Below are positions 20,614 through 29,792 of a stretch of DNA of 64,000 nt, piece after piece. Positions within the stretch are counted from its first letter, which is position 1. The number at the start of each line of letters is the position of its first letter. The position numbers and the translations under genes are program-made. This stretch comes from a virus (Duplodnaviria; Caudoviricetes), in the IMG/VR virus record IMGVR_UViG_3300033067_001199, positions 8,394 through 72,393 of that record; one strand, 5' to 3'. A model generated the notes under the pieces. It was not told where the DNA came from. It saw nothing but the letters and a program-made list of their open reading frames with translations, and did not search any database.

Positions 20614-20968
20614 AACTTAAATCGCTTTTTAAAATCTCGGTAACAACCGGTGATGAAATTTCACTTTTTCTTATCCGAACCATACACAAATCTACTACTC
20701 CATTATTCCTTTCCCTTAAAACCTCTCCAAACCATCCCCTGTACTGCTCGTAAACATAGTCAGAACTTCTAGCTATTGGATCATCGTGGCCAAACATAGT
20801 CACAGGCACAACAACTATTTTATTCTTTGCGTCCCTCTCAAATCTGATTCCAGAGGAAGCTACTTTCTTCAACACAACACCAATAATGAAGTCCGGGCGC
20901 TTTGTCACCAAAACCTCCCAATTCAGCCGCTTTAAAAGCGCTCGGACTTCATACTCATCGACAATCAT
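20606..20968 (-). CDS. Hypothetical protein (120 aa)
   Basis: ORF track; coupled starts and stops. Confidence 0.55.
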   Translation of the reverse strand: MIVDEYEVRALLKRLNWEVLVTKRPDFIIGVVLKKVASSGIRFERDAKNKIVVVPVTMFGHDDPIARSSDYVYEQYRGWFGEVLRERNNGVVDLCMVRIRKSEISSPVVTEILKSDLSYE

Positions 20969-21486
20969 TACTCCTCTTCTCCGCTTTTATCTGCCGGAAA
21001 TAAATCGCCCTGAACAGCACCATACTTTCCAGCAAGATACTCAAGAGCCTCCGCCTCAAGTTCTCCCAGGTCAGATATCAAATCCTTTGCAAACTTATAT
21101 CCAGCGCCATCGGCAGGATTCAGTTTGGTATTAGGAGTATTGAACACGAAGCCCATTCCATTACTCAATGTTTTGTATCCGGTAATAACAACACCCTCTT
21201 TGTCGCCCTCACCAGAAATACTAACACCACACACACGAAAGTCCTTTGCGCTTTCGATATCAAAGTTTTCCAATTTCTTGAACTTTGACTCCAACTCAAA
21301 CTCCGTCAGAAATAGCAGGTGGGAAACCATTTTCTCCATTGCTTTCTGAAAGGTGATGTGAGGAGCATGAGGAACCTCCTTGCCGGTTTTATCTTTCAAG
21401 CCTGCTGCGTCAAATGTTGTGTACTTAATCTCTACCCCAGATGAACCGGAGTTCTTAAACGATACTTTTGTGATTTTCCTTGACAT
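20968..21486 (-). CDS. Hypothetical phage protein (172 aa)
   Basis: ORF track; AT-rich leader. Confidence 0.6.
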   Translation of the reverse strand: MSRKITKVSFKNSGSSGVEIKYTTFDAAGLKDKTGKEVPHAPHITFQKAMEKMVSHLLFLTEFELESKFKKLENFDIESAKDFRVCGVSISGEGDKEGVVITGYKTLSNGMGFVFNTPNTKLNPADGAGYKFAKDLISDLGELEAEALEYLAGKYGAVQGDLFPADKSGEEE

Positions 21487-21498
21487 AATTGGTTTTTT

Positions 21499-21550
21499 AG
21501 TTTACACTTTTTCTCTTCTGAACAAACAACTCCGTTACCATACTCCTCAA
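21499..21550. repeat. 52-bp perfect direct repeat, copy 1 (duplicate of the recT 3' end)
   Basis: agtttacactttttctcttctgaacaaacaactccgttaccatactcctcaa, identical to 22146-22197. Confidence 0.95.
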
Positions 21551-21566
21551 CAAACTTTTGGTAAAA

Positions 21567-21824
21567 TTATTTTGTTAAATGTTTTAGTTGGTCTTTCAGT
21601 TGCTCTATAACTATACTCTTTTCTACCACATCGCAAGTATTGTCTAATTGCAGTCCGTCTAATGCTCCATTTATTGCAGATTTGCAGCAGTCAATCTTTC
21701 GCTGAATAGGTTTCACTTCTTGTTTTGCATATCCCTCAGCAAGTGCTACAATAGCGGGGAACCAAGTTTCTTTCTCGATTCCGGCAAAATTCTTCATCAT
21801 AAATTCTTCTGCTTTCATTTCCAT
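21567..21824 (-). CDS. Hypothetical protein (85 aa) inside the repeat-flanked insert
   Basis: ORF track. Confidence 0.5.
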   Translation of the reverse strand: MEMKAEEFMMKNFAGIEKETWFPAIVALAEGYAKQEVKPIQRKIDCCKSAINGALDGLQLDNTCDVVEKSIVIEQLKDQLKHLTK

Positions 21825-21997
21825 GATTTTAGTAGTCCATGAAATCTGCCAACTATATATCCGATTAATAATAATGTTCCGTAAATGATTATCTGTTTGT
21901 CTGTCATAGTATAAGTTTTTTTGCCTGACGGCATTTGCTATTCTTTTTTTAAACCGTTTTTAGTGTCCGTATTTCTACGAATTTACCCTGTGATATT

Positions 21998-22028
21998 CCG
22001 CACGTTTTTTATACCCGATACGTTATGC
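21998..22028 (-). repeat. attC-like arm (GCATAAC GTATCGGGTAT...)
   Basis: Shares the 12-mer CGTATCGGGTAT with 41753-41764; the TAA within CATAAC ends a 37-aa mini-ORF. Confidence 0.5.
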
Positions 22029-22143
22029 TCCATGCCATCCGACCCGCTTATTCCACGCTTCGATTGACCGGCAAGTGCTACTTCCGTTTGCATCAATGAA
22101 AGTCTTTTTAACTTCATCAACAGCAGCTTTTGCCATTCGTATA

Positions 22144-23229
22144 TCAGTTTACACTTTTTCTCTTCTGAACAAACAACTCCGTTACCATACTCCTCAAATC
22201 ATCTGGCGTAGCGTCATACAGATTATCTAACTCCTCGGTTGATGTGCAGGATTCAATTTTCAATATCAACTCATCCTTTGGGTTTACACTAGGAACCTTA
22301 TTGCCTATGGCTTGGGTTATTTTTTCATGCTGCGAAGACTTCTTCTGCTCCGGAACATCAATTATCTCAACAGTACCATCTTCGGTGATGTTAGGATAAG
22401 CGCCCATAATCTGCATATCATCCAACTCAACAGCCCTTCCCATTTGCGGATTTCCTGTTTTTGGCAGAAACTTATACAGCTGCTTTATAGCCGCCTTTAC
22501 CTGCATCATATTATGAACATCGGTTCCGTTGTTATATGGAGAGAAGTTAGTTCCACCAGCCTTTGATAGCTTCTGAATCTTATCCAACACATCTTTCGTT
22601 ACAGAAACTTGAATCGGGTCCTCTTTACCCTCAACAAAGCAAATCGCATACACCAGGACAAGTTCTCCCTTACCCTTATCCAGACGCTCCTTGTATTTCT
22701 TGATATCATCCCCTATTTCAGCGTCAGTAAATCCGATTGACTTCAACTTTCCAGCCCTCAACTTAACCAATTCCATTTTATTAGTATCCATTCCGGTGTA
22801 TTTCACATACTTGTATCTCCCATCCGCCTCTTCATAGAACTCATTCTCATAAACGGCACCACCAAAAATCTGCTTCACAGCGTCAGACCTCAAGGCAACT
22901 TCAATAAGGCCTTTGTAGCCAACCTGGAACTGAGCTTCTTTTCCATAAGGGATAATGTACGCTAATCCATCTGGCGTATTTGGCTTCAACCCTAATTCGG
23001 CAGAAAGAAGTATCGAGCCGAATAGTGATTTGATGTTGCACTCTAGCAACTTTGGTGTTTTCTTAATCGCGTTTACGCAGGTGATTGTAAACTCCTGGGC
23101 GGTCATTCCGTATTTTGTCCCGAGAAGTTGCGCTACTTGACCCTCGTAGGCCTGCATGACTTTTTGAAAGTCCTGTACTGTTTTTACGGTTGTTGGTAGC
23201 TTTGCTGGCTGAACTGTTGCTGGTGTCAT
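22144..23229 (-). CDS. recT: RecT-family single-strand annealing recombinase (361 aa)
   Basis: LLECNIKSLFGSILLSAELGLKP...LAYIIPYGKEAQFQVGYKGLIEVALRS; MMQVKAAIKQLYKFLP. Confidence 0.9.
   Translation of the reverse strand: MTPATVQPAKLPTTVKTVQDFQKVMQAYEGQVAQLLGTKYGMTAQEFTITCVNAIKKTPKLLECNIKSLFGSILLSAELGLKPNTPDGLAYIIPYGKEAQFQVGYKGLIEVALRSDAVKQIFGGAVYENEFYEEADGRYKYVKYTGMDTNKMELVKLRAGKLKSIGFTDAEIGDDIKKYKERLDKGKGELVLVYAICFVEGKEDPIQVSVTKDVLDKIQKLSKAGGTNFSPYNNGTDVHNMMQVKAAIKQLYKFLPKTGNPQMGRAVELDDMQIMGAYPNITEDGTVEIIDVPEQKKSSQHEKITQAIGNKVPSVNPKDELILKIESCTSTEELDNLYDATPDDLRSMVTELFVQKRKSVN
22146..22197. repeat. 52-bp perfect direct repeat, copy 2 (recT 3' end)
   Basis: Identical to 21499-21550. Confidence 0.95.
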
Positions 23230-23247
23230 TTTATGGTTTGTTTTTGG

Positions 23248-24153
23248 TTACGAATTGTGATACTTCTCATCGTTTTCGGCTTTGTTATGCACCCAAGACG
23301 GAAGTTTAGCTATAATAATTCCATGAATTGTTTCATACAGTGAGTCATACGCGCCCCACACACCCGATTCGGTGCATTTCTTGTGAGTAAGCAAAAGTGA
23401 CTTGTAGATCGTGCGACCCAACTCGATAGCGCTCTCATCAATGAAATAAGGCTGGCATACAAACGGTGCTTTCTTCTCGATAGCAATAACAAAGGCGGTA
23501 TTGAACGGAACTCCATGCACAGCCTCTAATCCATCCGCGTAGTAGGCCAACTGAACGTAGGTATTCCACTTTGCCAGATATCCGCCAAACATAGCCGGAC
23601 TTGCATCTTCCATGCTCTTTAGGTCGCCATAGATAGCTTTTTTGGCATTGGAAAAGTCAACTATCGCCTTACACCTTACACCGGTATCCTTGTCGGTCCA
23701 CTCGATAAACTGCTCATTCAAGCAATCGGTTAGAAGCGAGGAGGCGGCTTTGTTTTCGACAATACTTTTCCCCATACTTGAAATCTCATTAAACTCCTCA
23801 ACAGAGTTAAGAACCGACTTACCCAACATAAGGTAGTGCTGGATAAGGTTATCCCTCCATTCCCTATTTGCCTTTGTCCTGTAATCAGCTACACCGCCTT
23901 TGCTGTTTTGCTGAATCGGCCTCTCTTCGAAGTTTATAAAAACATAATTCTCTTTGAACTTCTCCGGTTCCAAGACGTAAGTATGGATAGCTTTACCCAT
24001 TCTTAGCGCCTTGGTTTCTTTTTCAACCTCATCAGAGTCCTGGCCATTTACCCATTCTTCCAAGAAGTGCGCTGGGGAGCGCATATATAATTTTAGCAAT
24101 GAAAAGTTTACTGCTTGTATCTTGTTATACTCTAGCCTTGTTATTTGACCCAT
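23248..24153 (-). CDS. RecE/ExoVIII-like PD-(D/E)XK exonuclease (DUF3799-like)
   Basis: SPAHF, GKAIHTYVLEP, CKAIVDF..IYGDLKSM, YYVQLAYY-like motif; adjacent to recT; start moved to ATG 24153, which follows a promoter. Confidence 0.8.
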   Translation of the reverse strand: MGQITRLEYNKIQAVNFSLLKLYMRSPAHFLEEWVNGQDSDEVEKETKALRMGKAIHTYVLEPEKFKENYVFINFEERPIQQNSKGGVADYRTKANREWRDNLIQHYLMLGKSVLNSVEEFNEISSMGKSIVENKAASSLLTDCLNEQFIEWTDKDTGVRCKAIVDFSNAKKAIYGDLKSMEDASPAMFGGYLAKWNTYVQLAYYADGLEAVHGVPFNTAFVIAIEKKAPFVCQPYFIDESAIELGRTIYKSLLLTHKKCTESGVWGAYDSLYETIHGIIIAKLPSWVHNKAENDEKYHNS

Positions 24154-24178
24154 ATATACAGATGTTATAAATTCTGTG

Positions 24179-24209
24179 CAAATATACAATTCAAACATTA
24201 ACTTCCAAA
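24179..24209 (-). promoter_or_regulatory. Bacteroidota sigma-70 promoter TTTG-N19-TAtaTTTG driving the leftward operon
   Basis: -33 TTTG at 24206-24209, -7 TATATTTG at 24179-24186, 19-nt spacer. Confidence 0.7.
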
Positions 24210-24386
24210 TTTTAAAAAATATTTCTCAAACTTTTGGAAGTTCAGAATTATTTTATTCTTTCGCTTCCGCAAACGGACAGAGCACATGATTTCAAAAAAA
24301 CTTATTAAAGATTAGCAGGCGGCAAAGGGTTCTCTCCCTGTATGCTCGGAGCGTTTGCGCCCCTTTGTCCCTGCGACTTTTACCTT

Positions 24387-25265
24387 ATGGCTGAAGACAA
24401 AAAATCTTTCATCCTATACTCCGACCTTTTAACGGTTGTGAAGAAGCTAGTCCTAAAAGACCGGCAGGATAAGACAAATTATGCCGGAGAACTGTTCCTG
24501 CACATTCTTGAATACGTGAATGACAATAACCCGGTCCCGATTGACTTTATAGTTGAAATGGCTTTTGAACCGATTAGGCAGCAGTTGAAACGCGACCTAA
24601 AGAATTGGGAAGCCGAGGTGATTAAGAAAAGTCAAGGAGGCGCTATGGGTAACTTGAAGAGATGGGACCCAGACATCTACCAAGAAGTTATCGACCAGAA
24701 ACTTTCTATTCACGATGGTATTCAGAAAGCCAAACAACGCAAAAAAAATGTATCGCATACCGATCCCACCGCATCGCTACCTATCGCTTCGGTCGCTGTA
24801 AATGGTACTGTAACTGTTAATGATATAAATACAAGTACATCTACTAACGTAGATGTTGTCGGCCTTGCCGACTGGAACGCTGTCAAAAAAGATATTTCTT
24901 CGGTAACTGTTTTTATCCGTAAACACAAACCGAAGTTTGCGGAACCGTATGTAGAGCTTTGGAATATGTTTTCTGAAAAGTACGGAACCAGCAAGGTTTT
25001 ATCAGTTTCCGAAACTCGAAGGAGAAAACTTAGAACCAGGTTGTCGGATAAGAAGTTTGACTTTCCGGAAATACTCAAAAATGCAGCAGACCAGAAGTTT
25101 GCACTTGAGTCAAAGTGGTTCAGTTTCGATTTTCTGATAAAAAACGATACCAATTACATCAAGGTTTTGGAGAAGAAATATATTCAGTCACACAAGATAG
25201 AGAAGCCGGAAGAGGCTGGGCTATCAGCAACATTAGGAGGTGGATATGGAGATGAAAGACATTAG
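24387..25265 (+). CDS. Phage replication initiator (DUF6291-like N-terminus)
   Basis: MAEDKKSFILYSDL..., C-terminal W-F-FDFLIKNDTNYIKVLE; directly upstream of DnaB. Confidence 0.7.
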   Translation: MAEDKKSFILYSDLLTVVKKLVLKDRQDKTNYAGELFLHILEYVNDNNPVPIDFIVEMAFEPIRQQLKRDLKNWEAEVIKKSQGGAMGNLKRWDPDIYQEVIDQKLSIHDGIQKAKQRKKNVSHTDPTASLPIASVAVNGTVTVNDINTSTSTNVDVVGLADWNAVKKDISSVTVFIRKHKPKFAEPYVELWNMFSEKYGTSKVLSVSETRRRKLRTRLSDKKFDFPEILKNAADQKFALESKWFSFDFLIKNDTNYIKVLEKKYIQSHKIEKPEEAGLSATLGGGYGDERH

Positions 25266-26745
25266 GAAGTCATTAGTTCGGAAGACAGATTTCGACTACG
25301 GTGAGTTTGGTAAACTTCCCCCACGGGCTAGGGAAATGGAGGTAATGGTTCTTGGTGCTATACTCATGGAGTCAACTGCCATGACAGAGGTTGGTCGGTT
25401 CTTAAAGCCGGAAATGTTTTACGTTGACGCACACCAGAAGATTTATCAAGCAATGGTTGTTCTTGCAATAGAAAATAATCCTATTGACCTTGAAACTGTT
25501 TGCCATCAGCTGAAGAAGTTGGGATTTCTTGATGTCGCTGGCGGTCCGTACTATGTTGCCAGGTTGATGAATACAATCGGTTCTGCGGCAAACGTAGAGT
25601 ATCATGCTCTGGTTGTTAAGGAGGAGTGGATGAAGAGAATGGCTATTGCTATTTCAGCCGACACTATGCGAGAGGCTTACGATGATCAATCAGACCCTTT
25701 TGATGTTCTGGGTGACGCTGTAAGTAAGTTCAGCGAGTTATTGAACGATACTTCGCAGCAAGAAGCTAGAAGTTGGGTAGAGGTTCTGGATGATAAAATT
25801 ACCGCAATCAAGGAGGCCAGCGAAAAGCCGGAAGACCAGAAGTTTGTGATAGGAAAGCCAACAGGACTATACACGCTGGACAGAAAGAGCCTTGGGTTTA
25901 AGGATACCAATTTGATAATTCTTGCCGGCAGGCCTGCGGAGGGAAAGTCAACCCTGATGGTTCAAGGTGCCCATATTAATGCCAGAAAGGGTGTTCCTGT
26001 TGGCATTTTCTCTCTTGAGATGAGCGCTGATGAGTTGATGGATAAGTTTATTTCAATCGAAACCGACATCAACAGTTCCAAGATAATGACCGGTGAACTT
26101 ACTCCGAAGGAATGGACTAGGCTTCTGGAAGCTCGCTCAAAAATGCTTGATTGGCCGATTTATATTAACGATGTCGGAGGCATAACGATAAACGAAATAG
26201 AGGCAATAGCAAAGGTTTGGAGGGCTAAGAATAAAATCGAGATGCTGTTCATAGACTACCTTCAGCTGGTGGAAGTCCCACAGCAAAAGGGCGCTTTTAC
26301 TAATCGGGAACAGGAACTTTCGAAGATATCCAGGCGGTTGAAGAAGTTGGCGAAGAATCTGGGAATCCCTGTTATCTGTCTGGCTGCTTTGTCAAGGGAA
26401 ATGGATAAGAGGCCGGTTCCGGATCGCAGACCGAAGCTAACCGACCTGCGCGAGTCGGGTGCGATTGAGCAGGACGCTAATATGGTGATATTTGTTTTCC
26501 GTCCCGAAGAGCATGGAATAAATGCCTTTTCCGATGGAAGCACCACAAAGGGCGTAACGGAGTTTATCATCGCTAAGAACAGAATGGGTCCGAAAGGAAT
26601 AACCAGGGCGAAGTTTCTGGGCGCTAGCAACCGGTTTGATGATACCGAGTACTCCACATTCGAGCAGGAGTATGTCGAAAAGAAGAAAGAAGTAGGTTCC
26701 GCAGAATTTAAGTCGGAGCAGAAAGATGAAGATACCCCATTTTAG
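25246..26745 (+). CDS. dnaB: Replicative DNA helicase DnaB (start uncertain, 25240-25252)
   Basis: LPPRAREMEVMVLG, LIILAGRPAEGKST, IFSLEM, LFIDYLQL, DLRESGAIEQDA, IIAKNRMGP. Confidence 0.95.
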   Translation: MEMKDIRKSLVRKTDFDYGEFGKLPPRAREMEVMVLGAILMESTAMTEVGRFLKPEMFYVDAHQKIYQAMVVLAIENNPIDLETVCHQLKKLGFLDVAGGPYYVARLMNTIGSAANVEYHALVVKEEWMKRMAIAISADTMREAYDDQSDPFDVLGDAVSKFSELLNDTSQQEARSWVEVLDDKITAIKEASEKPEDQKFVIGKPTGLYTLDRKSLGFKDTNLIILAGRPAEGKSTLMVQGAHINARKGVPVGIFSLEMSADELMDKFISIETDINSSKIMTGELTPKEWTRLLEARSKMLDWPIYINDVGGITINEIEAIAKVWRAKNKIEMLFIDYLQLVEVPQQKGAFTNREQELSKISRRLKKLAKNLGIPVICLAALSREMDKRPVPDRRPKLTDLRESGAIEQDANMVIFVFRPEEHGINAFSDGSTTKGVTEFIIAKNRMGPKGITRAKFLGASNRFDDTEYSTFEQEYVEKKKEVGSAEFKSEQKDEDTPF

Positions 26746-26768
26746 TAACCAATTAAATCAATATAAAC

Positions 26769-27563
26769 ATGAAAGCAACCGTTTTTTTCGACTTAGAAAC
26801 AACAGGTGTTGACCTTGCAAAAGACAGAATTTGTCAGTTTGCCGCCTTAAAGGTAATTCCGTCAACAGATAAGTTCCCATTTGCACCGGGTAACTATTCT
26901 ACCGAAGAATTGAAGTTTTACATTAACCCAGGTGTTTCTATTCCCCTTGAGTCAACCGAGGTCCATGGAATTACAAACGAAATGGTAAAGGACTCCCCTA
27001 CTTTCAATGTAGTTGCAGCAAAAATCAAAGACTTCATCGAGGGCTGTGATTTGTCCGGATTCAACATCAAGCGCTTTGATATCCCTCTTTTAGCCGAGGA
27101 GTTTGGCAGGGCTGGGTTTAGATTTTCTTTAGAGGGAAGAAATGTTATTGACCCTTTTATCCTTTACAAGATACTGTATCCGCAGAGCCTTTCTGCTGCC
27201 TACAAGAGATACACCGGAGAGGAGTTGGAGGGCGCTCATGACGCTATGAATGATGTTGTAGCTAGTTTCAAGGTTCTTCAGGGTATGATGGAGAGTGGTG
27301 AAGTTCCTAGTCATGATACCAATGCCATTATAGACTTTCAATCAAACGGCCAAGAGTTTGACCCAACCTGCGATTTTGCTGGAAAGTTTATCCGGAATAA
27401 GGATGGTGTTATAATTCTTAATTTTGGTAAGCATAAAGGTGAACCGGCTGAAGACCACACCGATTTTGTAGGATGGATGATCGGGAAAGACTTCACAAGC
27501 GACACCCTACTTTGGGCACAAGGTATTCTTGATGCTGAACGCGCTAAATACTTTAGAAAATGA
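26769..27563 (+). CDS. DEDDh 3'-5' exonuclease (Pol III epsilon-like)
   Basis: FFDLETTG, GFNIKRFD, AHDAMNDV, C-terminal NFGKHKG. Confidence 0.9.
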   Translation: MKATVFFDLETTGVDLAKDRICQFAALKVIPSTDKFPFAPGNYSTEELKFYINPGVSIPLESTEVHGITNEMVKDSPTFNVVAAKIKDFIEGCDLSGFNIKRFDIPLLAEEFGRAGFRFSLEGRNVIDPFILYKILYPQSLSAAYKRYTGEELEGAHDAMNDVVASFKVLQGMMESGEVPSHDTNAIIDFQSNGQEFDPTCDFAGKFIRNKDGVIILNFGKHKGEPAEDHTDFVGWMIGKDFTSDTLLWAQGILDAERAKYFRK

Positions 27564-27958
27564 GAATGAGATTAACAGATTTACTACCGGTTGGCCATGC
27601 TGGGGTAAAGGACTATAAAAAAGTTGGCTGGGGATTAGTTTCGGTTGGAGATGTGATTACTATTCCAAACACGTTTTCAAACAGAACTATTTACTTCTAC
27701 GCCATACTTCGGGAAGCCCAGAGTCATGCCAAAAAAATAGGGGCGCTGGTTGAAGCTCAGTCAGATAATTCAGATATCTGCATATCATTCCTAAAGGAAG
27801 AGTTGAAGGGAATTGAAATGACTGTATCGCCAGAATTTCCAAAACACAGGGGTTCTTACTATGGACACGAAGAGGTAGAGCATCGGCCAGAGTTGAAAAT
27901 ATTTGTTCCGGCTAATTGGAATCTGGTTTCTATAAACTTTCAATGTGAGGACAGATAG
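27560..27958 (+). CDS. Hypothetical protein (132 aa)
   Basis: ORF track; coupled. Confidence 0.5.
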   Translation: MRMRLTDLLPVGHAGVKDYKKVGWGLVSVGDVITIPNTFSNRTIYFYAILREAQSHAKKIGALVEAQSDNSDICISFLKEELKGIEMTVSPEFPKHRGSYYGHEEVEHRPELKIFVPANWNLVSINFQCEDR

Positions 27959-28697
27959 TTTGGTTATTCTTGGCGACTGTCTAACCGGTATGGCTGGTAT
28001 GGCTGATAATCAATTTGATTTAGCTATACCAGACCCACCATACTTCTCTGGACCAGAGAGGAGGTCTTTCTATGGAAGCGATATCAGCACACTAAGGGTT
28101 AAGCGAGTATATTACCCTGTTACAAATAAGTGGGAAGTTCCTGGATTCAAGTGGTATGAAGAGCTTTGCAGGGTTTCTAAAAACCAGATAATCTTCGGTG
28201 CGAATTACTTTGATTTTATAGGAGTCCACAAAACCCCTAGAGGCGATGAAGAGTTGCAAAGGTGGATATCAGAGCACCCTACCGGCTGGATTGTGTGGGA
28301 TAAGTGCGCAAGAAAGAGTTCTTTCAATGATTTTGAACTTGCCTGGACATCTTTTGACCGGCCAACAGTTGTGTTTAAGTTTATGTGGGCAGGAATGATG
28401 CAGGGTAAAAGTGTTTCTCAAGGCCATATCATGCAGGGGAATAAAAAGCTAAACGAGAAAAAATTCCACCCGACACAAAAACCAAGACCGCTGTATAATT
28501 GGATTTTTAATACCTATTGCTCCAGCGGAGAAAGTATTTTCGACCCGTATGTAGGTAGTGGAAGTAGCAGAATTGAGGCCTACGATGCCGGACTTCCATT
28601 TCTGGGATATGAAATAGAGGATATTCACTTCGATGCACAGGAAAAAAGATTTCAAAAACACCTTGCAGCGCCAAAACTTTTTAATTTAGCAATATGA
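27945..28697 (+). CDS. N6/N4 DNA methyltransferase (beta class)
   Basis: AIPDPPY, HPTQKP, IFDPYVGSGS. Confidence 0.9.
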   Translation: MRTDSLVILGDCLTGMAGMADNQFDLAIPDPPYFSGPERRSFYGSDISTLRVKRVYYPVTNKWEVPGFKWYEELCRVSKNQIIFGANYFDFIGVHKTPRGDEELQRWISEHPTGWIVWDKCARKSSFNDFELAWTSFDRPTVVFKFMWAGMMQGKSVSQGHIMQGNKKLNEKKFHPTQKPRPLYNWIFNTYCSSGESIFDPYVGSGSSRIEAYDAGLPFLGYEIEDIHFDAQEKRFQKHLAAPKLFNLAI

Positions 28698-28999
28698 AAA
28701 AGCGTCAAGCTATTGCGTTAATGTTACTCGGTATGATAGCATTCACGCACGTTGGGGCCGCGGTGGACACACCGGCAACGAAATACGAAAGGGCACAGGT
28801 AATGCCGAAATTAGAATGCGAGAAGTATTCTGATGTTATGCCTGGTAAGACCTTTGTAGTATCGGCCGTAAACAACATTCCCTTCGTTACTATTGACGAA
28901 GAAACCAAAACGACCACCCTCGTTACGGAGTGCAAGCCTTGTCCGGTTGGCGTAGTGACTACGACCTCCGACCTGCCGCTTGATGTTGGTTGGTGCTAG
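28694..28999 (+). CDS. Small secreted protein (101 aa)
   Basis: Signal peptide MKKRQAIALMLLGMIAFTHVGA; four Cys residues. Confidence 0.5.
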   Translation: MKKRQAIALMLLGMIAFTHVGAAVDTPATKYERAQVMPKLECEKYSDVMPGKTFVVSAVNNIPFVTIDEETKTTTLVTECKPCPVGVVTTTSDLPLDVGWC

Positions 29000-29090
29000 T
29001 TTAGCACAGACTACGGCTCACCGGATTATTTTTCAACATTGATGAATTTTGTAAGCGACCGGAAACAGAGCATTGGAACGAGTCACATAA

Positions 29091-29116
29091 AGCCCACCTA
29101 AGACGTGGGTTTTTTT
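29091..29116 (+). terminator. Intrinsic terminator
   Basis: agcccac/gtgggtt stem followed by a T-run. Confidence 0.7.
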
Positions 29117-29151
29117 ATGCCCATATTTCACCGCGCAACCCGAACTTTACA

Positions 29152-29200
29152 AAAACAAAAAGGGCGCTCCCCCAGCAAGAGGAACGCCCAAACCAAAAAA
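29152..29200 (-). terminator. Putative intrinsic terminator for the minus-strand fibre unit
   Basis: gggcg..tcc / gga..cgccc stem with a T-run on the minus strand. Confidence 0.45.
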
Positions 29201-29368
29201 CCCCATGAAAGACTTACCCGATAACTGCCTCGAAGATATTGGCAATCTCGTAGAAAATAGGCTTCAACTGATCGCAGTAAATGTCGCCAGATGTATTCTG
29301 ACCTGCAAGCAATTCTGATAATGCCCAGCAAAATCTCTTTTGCATCCGGCCAATGCGGATGGCGTTAA

Positions 29369-29791
29369 TCATACTTGAAATGCAGGTAAGGTTTGAATGA
29401 ATTCATCTACCGGCTGTGCGGTTTCTTCGGTAACGTTATCCAGATAGGCAGAAACCAGCTTACAGGTTTCATTCCACCAATTGCGTAAGGCTTTTGCCTC
29501 TGCCCCAAACTCAGCGTCATCAACCCATAAAGATATTTCACCAATGCTTAGATAGTTTCGCTCTTGATAAAGTGAACGAAAAAGAGCATTGTGGGAGTCG
29601 TTTACGGTTTGGCAGTAGGCTTCTTTATCCCAAAAAACTGGAATAGCAGCGAAGTAATCTTCTTTCTCCTGTTCAGTTTCAAACTCAATTACATGAGTGC
29701 CGTTAAATAACCTTGCATTAGATGAACGAGGCAATAAGTTACCCGATTCATCTAATGCCTGTCCAAATTCATTCGCTACGTATGTTTTCAT
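29369..29791 (-). CDS. Tail-fibre assembly chaperone-like protein (140 aa)
   Basis: C-terminal Y-S--E-----D--F-AEAKAL--W...I--LP pattern typical of fibre chaperones; follows the fibre gene. Confidence 0.5.
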   Translation of the reverse strand: MKTYVANEFGQALDESGNLLPRSSNARLFNGTHVIEFETEQEKEDYFAAIPVFWDKEAYCQTVNDSHNALFRSLYQERNYLSIGEISLWVDDAEFGAEAKALRNWWNETCKLVSAYLDNVTEETAQPVDEFIQTLPAFQV

Positions 29792-29792
29792 A

